Shown here: positions 49,674 to 63,347 of the stretch, piece by piece
How positions within the stretch are numbered: the first letter of the stretch is position 1
Layout of the letters: each line of letters starts with the position of its first letter
The notes under the pieces: generated by a model
Told to the model about the DNA's origin: nothing
What the model saw: only the letters and a program-made list of their open reading frames with translations
Databases searched by the model: none
Translations under genes and position numbers: made by a program
Assembly (NCBI GenBank): GCA_965224245.1
Contig: OZ245046.1
Span: 2,048,001-2,112,000 of the forward strand
Direction of reading: 5' to 3'
DNA from: Candidatus Eiseniibacteriota bacterium
GTDB lineage: Bacteria > Eisenbacteria > RBG-16-71-46 > CAZAMP01
Length of the DNA: 64,000 nucleotides

Positions 49674-50577
49674 GAAACCAGGCCCACTGTGCGGGATCCT
49701 CCCGGATCCACTCCTCGATCGCGGCCGTCCACGCGGTCGTCAACCTCGAGACCTCGGCGTGCCGAGGTCTCGACGGGTCGGCGTGGAGCACGGGGCCGAC
49801 GCGTACCTGCCAGCCGCCCCTCGCGGACCGGCGGACTACCATAGGAACGATCGGCACGCGGCACAAGACGGCCAGTGTCGCCGGTCCTCCCGACAACCAC
49901 GCCGGCGCCCCGAGAAAGGTTCCCGCGATGCGTCGTCCGCGGGGGGTCTGGTCGGCCGCGATGGTCAGTGTCTCGCCTCTTCCGAGCGCACGCGCACACG
50001 CCAGCGCATCGGCTCTCGAGATCAGACGCACCCCCGCGCGGGTCCTGAGCGCCCCGACGAGTCGATCCAGACGCGCTTCGCGAACCCTCCGCACCACCGC
50101 GGCCACGCCGCCGGCGCGGCGCCGGGCCAGGATCGACGGCAGGAGCTCCCAGGGGCCGAGATGCGCCGTCACCACGATCAGCCCGCCCCCGGGGAGCGCA
50201 TCCCATCGTCCACGCTCGAGCGGGATCTGATCCAGCCACGACCGGCCGCGCCGCCCCAGGCGTGCGGTATCGACCGCGTGGCGGCCCATCTCGGCGAACG
50301 CGGCCACCCCGACCCGCCGGCGCCACGACGACGTGGCATCGGGGTACGCCACCCGGAGCTGTTCGTCCACGAGACCACGCTGACCGGGCATCAGCGCGCG
50401 CACGAGGGGGGCCAGCGCCCCGACCAGACGGCCGGTGGGACGGGTCGGCGCGTGGGCCAGCGTGGCCACGAGGGCGCGCGCGACGTGATAGCGCATCCAT
50501 CGACGGTGCGGCTTCAGCGCCCGCGGAACGAGTCCGCGACCGGCGCGCGTGCGCCGCGCCGCCAGACCGGCGGTCAT
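49642..50577 (-). CDS. lipid A late acyltransferase / lysophospholipid acyltransferase (LpxL-like)
   Basis: TAHLGPWE, AADQ, FLG and IREDPAQWAWFHERWK motifs; kds/lpt context. Confidence 0.85.
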   Translation of the reverse strand: MTAGLAARRTRAGRGLVPRALKPHRRWMRYHVARALVATLAHAPTRPTGRLVGALAPLVRALMPGQRGLVDEQLRVAYPDATSSWRRRVGVAAFAEMGRHAVDTARLGRRGRSWLDQIPLERGRWDALPGGGLIVVTAHLGPWELLPSILARRRAGGVAAVVRRVREARLDRLVGALRTRAGVRLISRADALACARALGRGETLTIAADQTPRGRRIAGTFLGAPAWLSGGPATLAVLCRVPIVPMVVRRSARGGWQVRVGPVLHADPSRPRHAEVSRLTTAWTAAIEEWIREDPAQWAWFHERWKDAPPA

Positions 50578-51547
50578 GGCCGCAGGCACTCGTGCAGGTG
50601 CACGACGCCGATCGGGACGCCGGACGGATCCACGACCACGAGCGAGGTGATCGCCCCTCGCGGGTTGTTCTCCATGCGCTCGACCGCCGAGGCCACGAGC
50701 GCGTCGGGGCCGATCGTCTTGGGCTCGCGGGACATCACGTCGCCCACGGGCAGCGCCATCGGGTTCTCGTGCTTCAGCAGGATCCGCTTGAGATCGCCGT
50801 CGGTCAGGACGCCGACCAGCTTGCCGCCGTCGTCGACGACGGTCGTCATGCCGAGCGCGCCACGGAGGATCTCGACGAGCGCGTCGCGCAGGCTGGCCGC
50901 AGCCGGCACGCGCGGCAGCGCCTCACCCACCGCCATCACGTCACGGACCCGCCGCGCGATCTGCCGGCCGATCACGCCGCCCGGATGCAGGAACGCGAAG
51001 TCGGCCTCGCGAAATCCCCGCTCCTCCATGACCACGACGGCCAGCGCATCCCCCACCGCCAGCATCGCGGTCGTGCTCGTGGTCGGCACCAGGCTGACCG
51101 ACCCCGCCTCGGGCGCGTCGCCGCATCTCACGATCGCGCCTGCCGCCCGGGCCAGCGGACTGTCGGCGCGCGCGGTCAGCACCACGATGGGCACGCCCAC
51201 GCGTTCGAGCGCGGGCACCAGCCGCAGAAGCTCCTCGGTGGCGCCGGTCTTGGAGCACAGGATGGCCACGTCGTCGCGCCGGAGCACGCCGAGGTCGCCG
51301 TGCGCGGCGTCGACCGCGTGCATGAAGACCGCGGGAGATCCGGTGCTGGTCAGCGTCGCGGCGATCTTTCGCGCGACGAGGCCCGACTTCCCCACACCCA
51401 CCAGCACCACGCGCCCGGTCGCCCCGAGGACGAGTTCGACGGCCTCCGCGAAGCCGTCGTCGAGCGACTCCGACGCGGCCGCGAGCCCGGATGCCTCCGA
51501 CGCGATGACGTCCCGTGCCCGGCGGACGAGGCGCATTCGCCGTTCCG

Positions 51548-51551
<4 letters not shown>
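50574..51551 (-). CDS. kdsD: arabinose-5-phosphate isomerase (KpsF/GutQ)
   Basis: GVGKSG, HGDLG, PTTST and HPGG motifs plus a CBS pair. Confidence 0.93.
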
Positions 51552-54739
<3,188 letters not shown>

Positions 54740-54840
54740 CACGCATCCTGACGGCGGTGGTCGCCTCGGTGTGCCGGCCGAGTGCTCGACCGGAGTGCGC
54801 TGACCCGGGAACGCCGAGTGGGTAACACCAGGTCCCACGG

Positions 54841-54869
54841 AGATTAGAGACGTCGTGCGCGAGCGTCAA
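54841..54869 (-). promoter_or_regulatory. sigma70-type promoter of the kdsB operon
   Basis: TTGACG-17 nt-TAATCT. Confidence 0.7.
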
Positions 54870-54992
54870 CCGCGGAGATCGGGGCCGCCCGCCTCCCCGC
54901 CGCCGGGCGCGAGCAGACGTCGCGGCGAGCGCCGGACATGCGAACGCCCGCACCGGACCGGCGCGGGCGAAGACGAACGGGACCGGGGATGT

Positions 54993-55253
54993 CTACGACT
55001 CGACCGGATAGACCGAGATGCGCTTGCGGCGCTTGCCCACGCGCTCGAACGCGACGGTGCCGTCGATGATCGCGAACAGCGAGTCGTCGCCGGCGCGCTT
55101 CACGTTGTTGCCCGGGTGGAACTTCGTGCCACGCTGGCGAACCAGGATCGACCCCGCGGTCACGCGCTCTCCCCCGAACGCCTTCACGCCCAGGTACTGC
55201 GGGTTCGAGTCGCGGCCGTTCCGGGAGCTGCCGCCGGCTTTCTTGTGCGCCAT
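54993..55253 (-). CDS. rpmA: 50S ribosomal protein L27
   Basis: [16 protein letters not shown]...RQRGT. Confidence 0.98.
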   Translation of the reverse strand: MAHKKAGGSSRNGRDSNPQYLGVKAFGGERVTAGSILVRQRGTKFHPGNNVKRAGDDSLFAIIDGTVAFERVGKRRKRISVYPVES

Positions 55254-55308
55254 CTCGCGTATCCTCCAAGCCCGTTCCGGGCGACCGGCGGGGCCGGTCC
55301 GGCCGGGG

Positions 55309-55617
55309 TCAGGCCGAGATCTTCGTGATCTTCAGCTCGGTGAAGTCTTGACGGTGACCGTTCTTTCGGTGGTAGTCGCGCCGGCGCAGAAACTTGCCGA
55401 CGAGCACCTTCTTGCCGCGTCCATGCGAGACCACCTCGGCTTCCACGGACGTGCCGTCCACCGTGGGAGAGCCGACGCGGACCTCGTCGCCGCCGACGAA
55501 GAGCACCCGATCCATCACGACGGTGGCGCCGACCGCCTCGTCGCACTTCGGCACGCGGATCGTCTGATCCTCGGCCACCTTGAACTGAAATCCCTTGAAA
55601 TCGACAATGGCGTACAT
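55309..55617 (-). CDS. rplU: 50S ribosomal protein L21
   Basis: [14 protein letters not shown]...GHRQDFT. Confidence 0.97.
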   Translation of the reverse strand: MYAIVDFKGFQFKVAEDQTIRVPKCDEAVGATVVMDRVLFVGGDEVRVGSPTVDGTSVEAEVVSHGRGKKVLVGKFLRRRDYHRKNGHRQDFTELKITKISA

Positions 55618-55717
55618 CGCCCGACGCTCCACTGGAAGGGCCCCCACGAGCGGAGACCCGGACTACCCCTCGAAGATAATCAAAGGCGGGGATTATGGGG
55701 GACGGCCGCCCCTCGGG

Positions 55718-57310
55718 TCAACCCACGATTTCCTTGGTCACGTCTTTCCCGTTGTGCTGCAAGATGATGCGGACTTCCTCGCGCGACAGCCGCGGATCGT
55801 CGCGGAGATCCAGCTCCAGGTCGAGCTCCTTCTCGAGCTCGGTCAGGCGCTTGCCGTTTCGTTCGAAGACGAAGGTGGCCACCTCGGGGGCGACGCGGAC
55901 CTGGATCTCGCGCTCCTTGTTGGTGGCGGCGAACCGTCGGAGGAACCGCTCGAGCCGCATCGCGACCGTCTCCAGGGAGTAGACGTTGCCGGTTCCCCCG
56001 CAGCACGGGCACTCCTCGCTGTAGTAGTGCAGCAGTGACTGGCGCTCGCGCTGGCGCGTCATCTCGATGAGGCCCAGATCGGAGACCTTGAACGTCTTGG
56101 TGCGGGACCGGTCGTTGCGCAGTCCGTTCCGGAGCGCGTCCTGGACGGCCCGCTTGTTCGCCTCGATCTCCATGTCGATGAAGTCGATGACGATGATCCC
56201 GCCCACGTCTCGCAGGCGGAGCTGGCGCGCGATCTCCCGAGCCGCCTCCAGGTTGGTCCGGAGGATCGTCTCCTCCTGGTCCTTCTTGCCCGTGTAGCGG
56301 CCGGTGTTCACGTCGATCGCGACCATGGCCTCGGACTGGTCGATGACGATGTACCCGCCCCGCTTCAGCCAGACCTTGCGCTCGAAGCTCTTCTCGATCT
56401 CGCCCTCGATGCCGTACTCGTCGAAGATCGGCACCCGCCCCTTGTAGAGGTGCACCCGGCTGACGAGCTCGGGCGAGACCCACTCGAGATAGTCGATGAT
56501 CTCCTTGTGGACGGCCTCGTCGTCGAGGACGACGCGGTCGACCTGATCGGTGAACACGTCCCGGATGAGGCTCCCGGCCAGCGCCATCTCGCGATGGACC
56601 AGCGCGGGCGCCGAGACGCGTGCGGCCTTCTTCTCGACGGTCTCCCAGATCCTCGCCAGGTACGAGATGTCGTTGGCGATGGCCTGGCGATCGCGTCCGC
56701 CGGCGGCCGTGCGCGCGATCAGGCCGACACCGTCGGGCCTGAGCTCCTTCAGGAGCGACCGGAGGCGCGAGCGCTCCTCGCGCTCGTAGATCTTCCGGGA
56801 GACCCCCACGTAGTTGACCCCCGGGACGAGCACCAGGTACCGGCCCGGGAGCGAGAGACGCGCGTTCACCTTCGGGCCCTTCGTGCTGATGGGCTCCTTG
56901 GTGATCTGGACCAGCAGCTCCTGGCCCTTCTGGACGAAGTTCTCGATCCGGAAGTCGGAGTCCCGCGATCGCCGGCGACCCCCGCGACCGCGAGGCGCCG
57001 ACTGGCGCGGCTTCTCCTTCTCCTTCTCCTTCTCGTCGTCGTCGTCCCCCATGTCGAAGTCGCGCATGAAGCCGACCATGTCCGACGCGTGGAGGAAGGC
57101 GGTCTTGGGCAGGCCGATGTCCAGGAACGCCGCCTGAATGCCGGGCAGGACCGCGTTCACGCGGCCCTTGTAGATGTCCCCGACGATGCGGCGGTCCTGA
57201 GGACGCTCGACCAGGAGCTCGGTCAGCGCTCCGTCCTCGAGGATGGCCACGCGCGTCTCGAGCTTCTCGGCGTTGATCACGATTTCGCGGAACATACTCG
57301 GCTTGGTCAC
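55718..57310 (-). CDS. rng: Rne/Rng family ribonuclease (RNase G-like)
   Basis: S1 domain GDIYKGRV...AAFLDIG; IDVNTG; RQLRLRDVGGIIVIDFID; CPCCGG. Alternative ATG at 57295. Confidence 0.93.
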   Translation of the reverse strand: MTKPSMFREIVINAEKLETRVAILEDGALTELLVERPQDRRIVGDIYKGRVNAVLPGIQAAFLDIGLPKTAFLHASDMVGFMRDFDMGDDDDEKEKEKEKPRQSAPRGRGGRRRSRDSDFRIENFVQKGQELLVQITKEPISTKGPKVNARLSLPGRYLVLVPGVNYVGVSRKIYEREERSRLRSLLKELRPDGVGLIARTAAGGRDRQAIANDISYLARIWETVEKKAARVSAPALVHREMALAGSLIRDVFTDQVDRVVLDDEAVHKEIIDYLEWVSPELVSRVHLYKGRVPIFDEYGIEGEIEKSFERKVWLKRGGYIVIDQSEAMVAIDVNTGRYTGKKDQEETILRTNLEAAREIARQLRLRDVGGIIVIDFIDMEIEANKRAVQDALRNGLRNDRSRTKTFKVSDLGLIEMTRQRERQSLLHYYSEECPCCGGTGNVYSLETVAMRLERFLRRFAATNKEREIQVRVAPEVATFVFERNGKRLTELEKELDLELDLRDDPRLSREEVRIILQHNGKDVTKEIVG

Positions 57311-57320
57311 GGGAAAGAGG

Positions 57321-57989
57321 TCAGTGGCCGCTCGGGGGTGTCCGAAACGCGGTCGCCGCGCCGAAGACGCGGTGTCCGGCGTCTTCGAGAGCGCGCCGGC
57401 ATTCGGAGATCGTGGCCCCGGTCGTCCAAACGTCGTCGATTAGAACGAGGGGAAGATAGGGTGAACTCGGTCGCACTGCAATTGCGCTCTCGAGATTGAC
57501 GGCGCGTGCCCGCCGCCCGAGGCGCGTCTGCGTGCCCCGCCCCTCCCGCCGCCCGAGGAGCTCGAACACGGCGTGACCGAGCTCGGCCCCCAGGACACGT
57601 GCGAGATCCAGCGACTGGTTGAAGCCTCGCAACCGAAGCCGCGACCGTGACAGCGGCACCGGCACGAGAACGGCCCGCGGCGGCGGGTCCAGGTCGCCCC
57701 ACGCGGCCAGGACCCCGTACGCCATCGTCCCGGCCAGCCCCCGGATGCCCCGGTACTTCCAGCGGTGCACGAGCCGGTGGGCGGTCTCCCCCGCGTACTC
57801 GAACCCCGAAATCCCGCCGTCCGGGTGCTCGACGGTCGGCTCCAAAGCGGCGAGACAGCCCGCGCACACGAACGCGCCGCCGTCCACCCGGGCGCCACAC
57901 GCCTCGCAGAGATCGGGGGCCACGAGCCGACCGAGGGCCGTTCCCGTGATCACCGCCTCACGCCGGAGGGTCCGGAAGATCGAGCGCAC
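57321..57989 (-). CDS. comF: ComF-family phosphoribosyltransferase-like protein
   Basis: CEACG..CAGC zinc ribbon, PVPL...RGFNQS and LIDDVWTTGAT motifs. Confidence 0.85.
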   Translation of the reverse strand: MRSIFRTLRREAVITGTALGRLVAPDLCEACGARVDGGAFVCAGCLAALEPTVEHPDGGISGFEYAGETAHRLVHRWKYRGIRGLAGTMAYGVLAAWGDLDPPPRAVLVPVPLSRSRLRLRGFNQSLDLARVLGAELGHAVFELLGRREGRGTQTRLGRRARAVNLESAIAVRPSSPYLPLVLIDDVWTTGATISECRRALEDAGHRVFGAATAFRTPPSGH

Positions 57990-58842
57990 GTTCCATCTCC
58001 GAGACCGGCACCGGGGGACCGAACCAGTACTCGAACGCGGCCGCCCCCTGGTGCACCAGCATCCGCCGGCCGTCTTCGGCGCACAGACCGTGCGCCCGGG
58101 CCAAGCCGACGAACGTGGAGCCGGGGCGACCGTAGTTCAGATCGATCCCGATCACGTGTTCGGGAAGCCTCGACCACGGAAGCTCGGGCAGACGAGTGCC
58201 CTCTCGACCGAGCGGCGTGGCCTGGATCACGAGCGAGGCGCTCTCGAACGCCGGGTCGCAACCCCACACCACCGGGTCCCACGGCAAGAGCCGGCCTCCG
58301 GCGGTCTCGACCCAGGACGCACGAGCCGCGTTCCGCGCACAGACGACGACGTCGCCGGCGAGCCCGCTGCGAGCGAGGGTGGTCAACACCGCACGCGCGG
58401 CGCCGCCCGCGCCGAGGCACACGACCGATCCGCCATCCCACCCCAGCGCCTCGGCCGCCCGCACGAACCCGATCCCGTCGGTGCTGGTGCCCACCAGACG
58501 CCGTCCCTCGACACGGATCGTGTTCACCGAATCCGCCTCGCGGGCGTCGTCCTCCAGCTCGTCGCAGAGATCGGCCGCCTCTCGCTTGAACGGGATCGTG
58601 ACGTTCGCACCGGCCAGCCCGTCGTCCACGAGCGCCCGGAACGTCTCGGCGAACCCGTCGCGGGGAAGCGGCACGGGGAGATACACCGCCGGCAGGTCCC
58701 TCGCCCGGAGCGCGGCGTTCTGCAGCGGCGGCGAGAGCGTCTCCGTGAGGGGATGTCCGACGACCCCGTACCACGCGGTCGCGCCGCCGGGGGCCGGGGA
58801 CCGGTCGGGACGGGAGTCGGGCTCGCCGGGGCCGATCGTCAC
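57958..58842 (-). CDS. aroE: shikimate dehydrogenase
   Basis: LSPPLQN, GANVTIPFK, SVNT, TDGIGF, GAGGAAR and MLVHQG motifs. Confidence 0.92.
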   Translation of the reverse strand: MTIGPGEPDSRPDRSPAPGGATAWYGVVGHPLTETLSPPLQNAALRARDLPAVYLPVPLPRDGFAETFRALVDDGLAGANVTIPFKREAADLCDELEDDAREADSVNTIRVEGRRLVGTSTDGIGFVRAAEALGWDGGSVVCLGAGGAARAVLTTLARSGLAGDVVVCARNAARASWVETAGGRLLPWDPVVWGCDPAFESASLVIQATPLGREGTRLPELPWSRLPEHVIGIDLNYGRPGSTFVGLARAHGLCAEDGRRMLVHQGAAAFEYWFGPPVPVSEMERALDLPDPPA

Positions 58843-59630
58843 GCGGCGGCCTCGGCGACACGGCGGTACCGGATGCCGTAGCCGATCAGCCCCACCAGGA
58901 TCACGACCACCGACAGGATCTGGCTGTCGGTGATCCGGAGCCCGGCCACGAGCGTCTCCTGTGACGCCTCGTAGAAGCGGAAGAAGTCGGCGATCAGACG
59001 TGCGACACCCTCACCGATCACGAGCAGCCAGAACACCTCGCCGTCGAACCGGCGGCGCCGCCAGGCGATCGAGAGCAGCCCGAACAGCACGAAGCCGATC
59101 AGCGACTGGTAGAGCTGGCTGGGGTGCAGGTGGTGCGGGTAGCCGAGGGTGGCCGACGCGTAGGAGTCCGCCGGGAACGTGACGCCCCAGGGGACCTCGC
59201 AGCTGCGACCGAAGCAGCATCCGTTCAGGAAGCACCCGATGCGCGTGAAGCCCTGACCCAGGCAGACGAACGGCGCGAGCGTGTCCGTGTACGCCCACGG
59301 TCGATCGGTTCGCCGCCGGAGATAGAAGATCGTGGCCAGCGTCGCGAGGATCAGGCCGCCGTACAGCGTGAGCCCACCCGACCAGAGTCGGAAGATCTCG
59401 AGGGGATCCGAGAGGAACGGGTCGGGATGCTGGAGCGCGAACAGGATGCGCGCCCCCGCGACGCCGGACACCACGATGAGCCAGGCCATGCCCAGGATGA
59501 TCTCGCCGTCGAGTCCGATCGTGCGCGCGCGCTTCGCCGCCCATGGAATGCCCACGAGAAACGAGAGCGCCATGAGCGCGCCGAACGATCGCAACGTCAG
59601 GGGTCCCAGATGGAACAGTGTCGGAAACAC
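58839..59630 (-). CDS. lgt: prolipoprotein diacylglyceryl transferase
   Basis: GGLTLYGG, RIGCFLNGCCFG and HPSQLY motifs. Confidence 0.93.
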   Translation of the reverse strand: MFPTLFHLGPLTLRSFGALMALSFLVGIPWAAKRARTIGLDGEIILGMAWLIVVSGVAGARILFALQHPDPFLSDPLEIFRLWSGGLTLYGGLILATLATIFYLRRRTDRPWAYTDTLAPFVCLGQGFTRIGCFLNGCCFGRSCEVPWGVTFPADSYASATLGYPHHLHPSQLYQSLIGFVLFGLLSIAWRRRRFDGEVFWLLVIGEGVARLIADFFRFYEASQETLVAGLRITDSQILSVVVILVGLIGYGIRYRRVAEAAA

Positions 59631-59670
59631 GTGATCTCCTCGGGATCGGCGGTACGCGCGGGTGCGTGGA

Positions 59671-60960
59671 TCAGTAGGCGTGCCGGCGCATCGCGACGCC
59701 CTCGAGGATGCCGGTCAGCGCCATCGTGGCCACGAGGAACGATCCTCCGTAGCTGATGAACGGTAACGGCAACCCCGTCACCGGCGCCAGTCCCATCGTC
59801 ATGAACAGATTCACGAACACGTGGTACGCGAGCAATCCCACCGTGCCCGCGGCCAGGAGGCTCGCGAATCGGTCTCGCGCCAGGAACGCGATGCGCACAC
59901 CTCGGATCAGCACGAGAAGAAACAGCCCCATGACCCCGACGCTGCCCACGAAGCCGAGCTCTTCCCCGACCACCGAGAACACGAAGTCGGTGTGCTGCTG
60001 CGGCAGATAGGCCAGGGCCTTCTGGGTTCCCTTCATGTAGCCCTTGCCGGTCAGCTCGCCCGACCCGATCGCGATCTTCGACTGGATGACCTGATACCCG
60101 GCCCCCGATGGATCCCGCCCCGGGTTCAGGAACGTCAGCACGCGGCTGCGCTGGTAGTCCTCCAGCCGATGCCAGGCATGCGGCGCGGCGAGCCCGACGC
60201 CGACGTGGACCACGAGCGTCAGCGCCACCAGGTGGCGCGCGGTTCCACGCCAGGTGGAGATCATCACCACCACGATCAGAAACGCGGTCCACAGCACCAG
60301 GAGCAGCGCGATCTCGCCAGTGCGGGTCACGGTCCCGGCGCTCTGGGCGGGGTCCAGCGCCACGCCGAACGGGGGCAGTCGAAACGTCATCAGTCCGGTC
60401 ACGCCGAGCGCGGCCAGGTAGACGAGCCACGAGAACGGGGTCCCGGCCCAGAAGAGCGTGGCCACCACCAGCCCCACGAACGCGAGCGCCGTGCCCAGGT
60501 CCGGCTGGTTCAGGATGAGCCCCATCGGCAGGAGCGCCAGCAGGAGAACGCGCAGAATCGTCCCCGGTCGCGTCGGATCCACGCGCTTGCCGGCCAGAAA
60601 GCGCGCGATGACGATCAGCGTCGCGACCTTCGCCATCTCCGACGGCTGAATCCGGAGCGGCCCGAGATAGAGCCACCGCTTCGCGCCGAAGCCGCTCACG
60701 CCGAACACGGCGACCAGGATCAACAGGATGATGCTCGTCGCGTAGAACACGTAGGCCATCGAATCGAGGTATCGATACGGGAGCGACGCAGCGGCCACGA
60801 AGACCCCGATCCCAACACCCAGCGCCAGGAGGTGCCGGATGAACAGAGGATCGCGCGGCGATCCGGACGTCGTGCTGTGGATCACCGCGACGCCGACGAC
60901 CGACAGGAGCAGCACGGCGATCAGGAGCCACCAGTCGGCGTATCGAAGGCGGCGTCTCAT
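59671..60960 (-). CDS. rodA: rod shape-determining protein RodA
   Basis: GAKRW, QPSEMAK, QPDLGT, HTDFVFS and LPFISYGGS motifs. Confidence 0.95.
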   Translation of the reverse strand: MRRRLRYADWWLLIAVLLLSVVGVAVIHSTTSGSPRDPLFIRHLLALGVGIGVFVAAASLPYRYLDSMAYVFYATSIILLILVAVFGVSGFGAKRWLYLGPLRIQPSEMAKVATLIVIARFLAGKRVDPTRPGTILRVLLLALLPMGLILNQPDLGTALAFVGLVVATLFWAGTPFSWLVYLAALGVTGLMTFRLPPFGVALDPAQSAGTVTRTGEIALLLVLWTAFLIVVVMISTWRGTARHLVALTLVVHVGVGLAAPHAWHRLEDYQRSRVLTFLNPGRDPSGAGYQVIQSKIAIGSGELTGKGYMKGTQKALAYLPQQHTDFVFSVVGEELGFVGSVGVMGLFLLVLIRGVRIAFLARDRFASLLAAGTVGLLAYHVFVNLFMTMGLAPVTGLPLPFISYGGSFLVATMALTGILEGVAMRRHAY

Positions 60961-62816
60961 CCGACCGTCCCGTCCACGTCGCCGGCCAGGTGTGCGTCGC
61001 GCCAGTCTCGGTAGCGCTTCCAGAACTCGGCGGCGACCGGTGCGGCCACGGCTCCCCCGTGCCCTCGTCGTTCGAGGATGACCACGAGCGCGACCTCGGG
61101 CTCGTCGGCGGGCGCAAAGGACACGAAGAGTGCATGGTCCTCGCCGTGCGGGTTCTGCGACGTGCCGGTCTTGCCGGCCACCGCGAGGCCGTCGATGCGA
61201 AGCGTGCGCGCGGTGCCGTTGGTGTCGGTGACGACCCGGCGCATCATCCCGCGGACCTGGCCCAGCCAGCCCGCCAGATGCCGCGCGATCTCCGGGGGGG
61301 GCTCCGATCCGGGACGTCCGACCCCGGGCCGCTCCACCAGATGCGGACGCACCAGACGCCCATCGTTGGCGATCGTGGCCACGTGCGACGCGAGCGCGAG
61401 GGGCGTCATCAGGAACTCTCCCTGGCCGATCGCCATGTTCAGTGCGGCCCCTCGGCTCCAGCCCCGCGATCCGTAGCGATCGGTCAGGTACGCCGCGTCG
61501 GGGACGAGCCCGCGTTCCTCGCCCCGGATGTCGATGCCGGTACGCCTGGCCACGCCGAACGCGTTGGCGTAGCGTGCGATCCCATCGACGCCCAGCATGT
61601 CGCCGAGCTGGTAGAAGTAGACGTCGCAGGACTGCGCCAGCGCGCCCGAGAGCGAGAGCGTGCCGTGGCCCGAGCGCTTCCAGCAGCCGAACGAGCGATT
61701 GCCGTAGCGGAACGACCCCCAGCACGGGCTCAGCTCCGTGGACGCACGCACGAGCCCCGAGTCGAGCGCGGCGATCGCGATCAACATCTTGAACGTCGAT
61801 CCCGGCGGGTAGCGGCCCTTCAGGACCCGGTTCAACAGCGGCTTCTCCGCGTCGGTGGAGAGCGCCGTCCAGCTCGCACGCCCCAGACCGGCCGCGAACT
61901 GGTTGGGGTCGAACGTCGGCCTGGAGGCCATCGCGAGGATGGCGCCGGTGTGGACGTCGAGCGCCACGCCCGCCCCGACGATGGGGGCCCCCCGACGCGG
62001 AGCCACCACGGCCACGCTGTCGGTTGCGTCGAGCGCGTTCTCGAGCGCTCGCTGCAGGTCGAGGTCGATCGTCAGTACCAGATCCTCGCCCGGGACCGCC
62101 GGTGTGGGTGTCCTGACGCTCGAGAAGTTCCGGGCGCGGCCGAACGCGTCGACCTCGACGTAGCTGACGCCGTTGCGCCCGTGGAGGGCGCGATCGAACG
62201 CCTCCTCGATCGCCGTCTTGCCCACCTGGTCGTCGGGCTCGTAGCCCTCCTCGGCCCGGTCCCGGTACTCGTCCGGACTGATCTCGCCGACGTATCCCAG
62301 GAGGTGCGCGGCGAGCTTGCCGTGCGGATAGCGGCGAAGCGGCTCCACGCGCAGATCCACCCCCGGCAGCTCGGCCAGCGCCTCCGCGACCCGGGCCACG
62401 GCCTTCTCGGGAATGTTCTGAGCGACGCGAACGGGCAGATAGCTGCGGCGCCGGGCCGAGGCCACGCCGTCGAAGATCTCCGCCGAGTCGCGGTCCACGA
62501 TCGCGGCGACGCGGCCGATCATCTCGGCGAGCCGATCCCCGCCCCGGAGCTCGGGTGCGTGGGGGTTGATCGTGACCACGAAGCTGGCGAAGTTGTCCAC
62601 CAGCACGCGCCCCTGGCGGTCGAGGATGTGGCCGCGGCGCGCTCGGAGGACCTCCTTGCGGAACCGATTGTGGTCGGACATCTCGCGATTGTCCGAGCCC
62701 TCGATGACCTGAAGCTCGAAGAGCCGCCCCGCACCGGTCAGGAAGATCGCGACCAGCGCGACCGAGAGCCCGATCATGCGACGCCGCCGTGCATCCTCGT
62801 TTCCGTACGCTCTCAC
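60957..62816 (-). CDS. mrdA: penicillin-binding protein 2
   Basis: RGHILDR, PGSTFK, SCDVYFY and KTGT motifs; GTG start overlaps the mreD stop. Confidence 0.95.
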   Translation of the reverse strand: MRAYGNEDARRRRMIGLSVALVAIFLTGAGRLFELQVIEGSDNREMSDHNRFRKEVLRARRGHILDRQGRVLVDNFASFVVTINPHAPELRGGDRLAEMIGRVAAIVDRDSAEIFDGVASARRRSYLPVRVAQNIPEKAVARVAEALAELPGVDLRVEPLRRYPHGKLAAHLLGYVGEISPDEYRDRAEEGYEPDDQVGKTAIEEAFDRALHGRNGVSYVEVDAFGRARNFSSVRTPTPAVPGEDLVLTIDLDLQRALENALDATDSVAVVAPRRGAPIVGAGVALDVHTGAILAMASRPTFDPNQFAAGLGRASWTALSTDAEKPLLNRVLKGRYPPGSTFKMLIAIAALDSGLVRASTELSPCWGSFRYGNRSFGCWKRSGHGTLSLSGALAQSCDVYFYQLGDMLGVDGIARYANAFGVARRTGIDIRGEERGLVPDAAYLTDRYGSRGWSRGAALNMAIGQGEFLMTPLALASHVATIANDGRLVRPHLVERPGVGRPGSEPPPEIARHLAGWLGQVRGMMRRVVTDTNGTARTLRIDGLAVAGKTGTSQNPHGEDHALFVSFAPADEPEVALVVILERRGHGGAVAAPVAAEFWKRYRDWRDAHLAGDVDGTVG

Positions 62817-63316
62817 CGCGCCCCCCATCGAACGCGCCGCGGGATGAGGTGCCGTCCCACCAGTGCGAAGATCACCGCCGCCGCCACCAGGGTGTACAGG
62901 ACGTCCGGGACGCGCGCCACGAAGAACTCCGCGAGGCCCACGAGCGGACGTGTCAGGTGACGTGCGGTCGTGACCACGATCGCGTCGGTCAGCCCCGCGG
63001 CCGCCAGCAGGATGACCTGCACCGGGAGGCTCGTCGAGTCGACGTGCTCGGCGGCTCGTCCGAGTAGCCAGGCGGTGATCGACAGCGAGAGGGCGCGGGC
63101 GCCGAGATACTCCGGGGTCGACACGTCCAGAAACAGCCCCGACACGAACCCCGCCCAGACGCCGACGTTCCCGCCGAAGCGCAGCGTGACCACGAACACG
63201 CCCATCAGCGCGAAGTCGGGTCGAACGCCCCGGATCGCGACGGCGTCCGGGAGCTTGTCGTGAATCACCAGCGCGGGCACCAGGATCGCCACGACCCGCC
63301 AGATCACGTCACGCAT
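62813..63316 (-). CDS. mreD: rod shape-determining protein MreD
   Basis: Hydrophobic protein with PDFAL and GFVSGLFLD; lies between mreC and mrdA. Confidence 0.85.
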   Translation of the reverse strand: MRDVIWRVVAILVPALVIHDKLPDAVAIRGVRPDFALMGVFVVTLRFGGNVGVWAGFVSGLFLDVSTPEYLGARALSLSITAWLLGRAAEHVDSTSLPVQVILLAAAGLTDAIVVTTARHLTRPLVGLAEFFVARVPDVLYTLVAAAVIFALVGRHLIPRRVRWGAR

Positions 63317-63347
63317 GTCGAAGATCCGTTCGGCGTGCGGCCGCGCG

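Noticed and set aside
55690-55721. TTGACC...TAATCC promoter for rplU
   Set aside because: The spacer is 20 nt, too long to call confidently.
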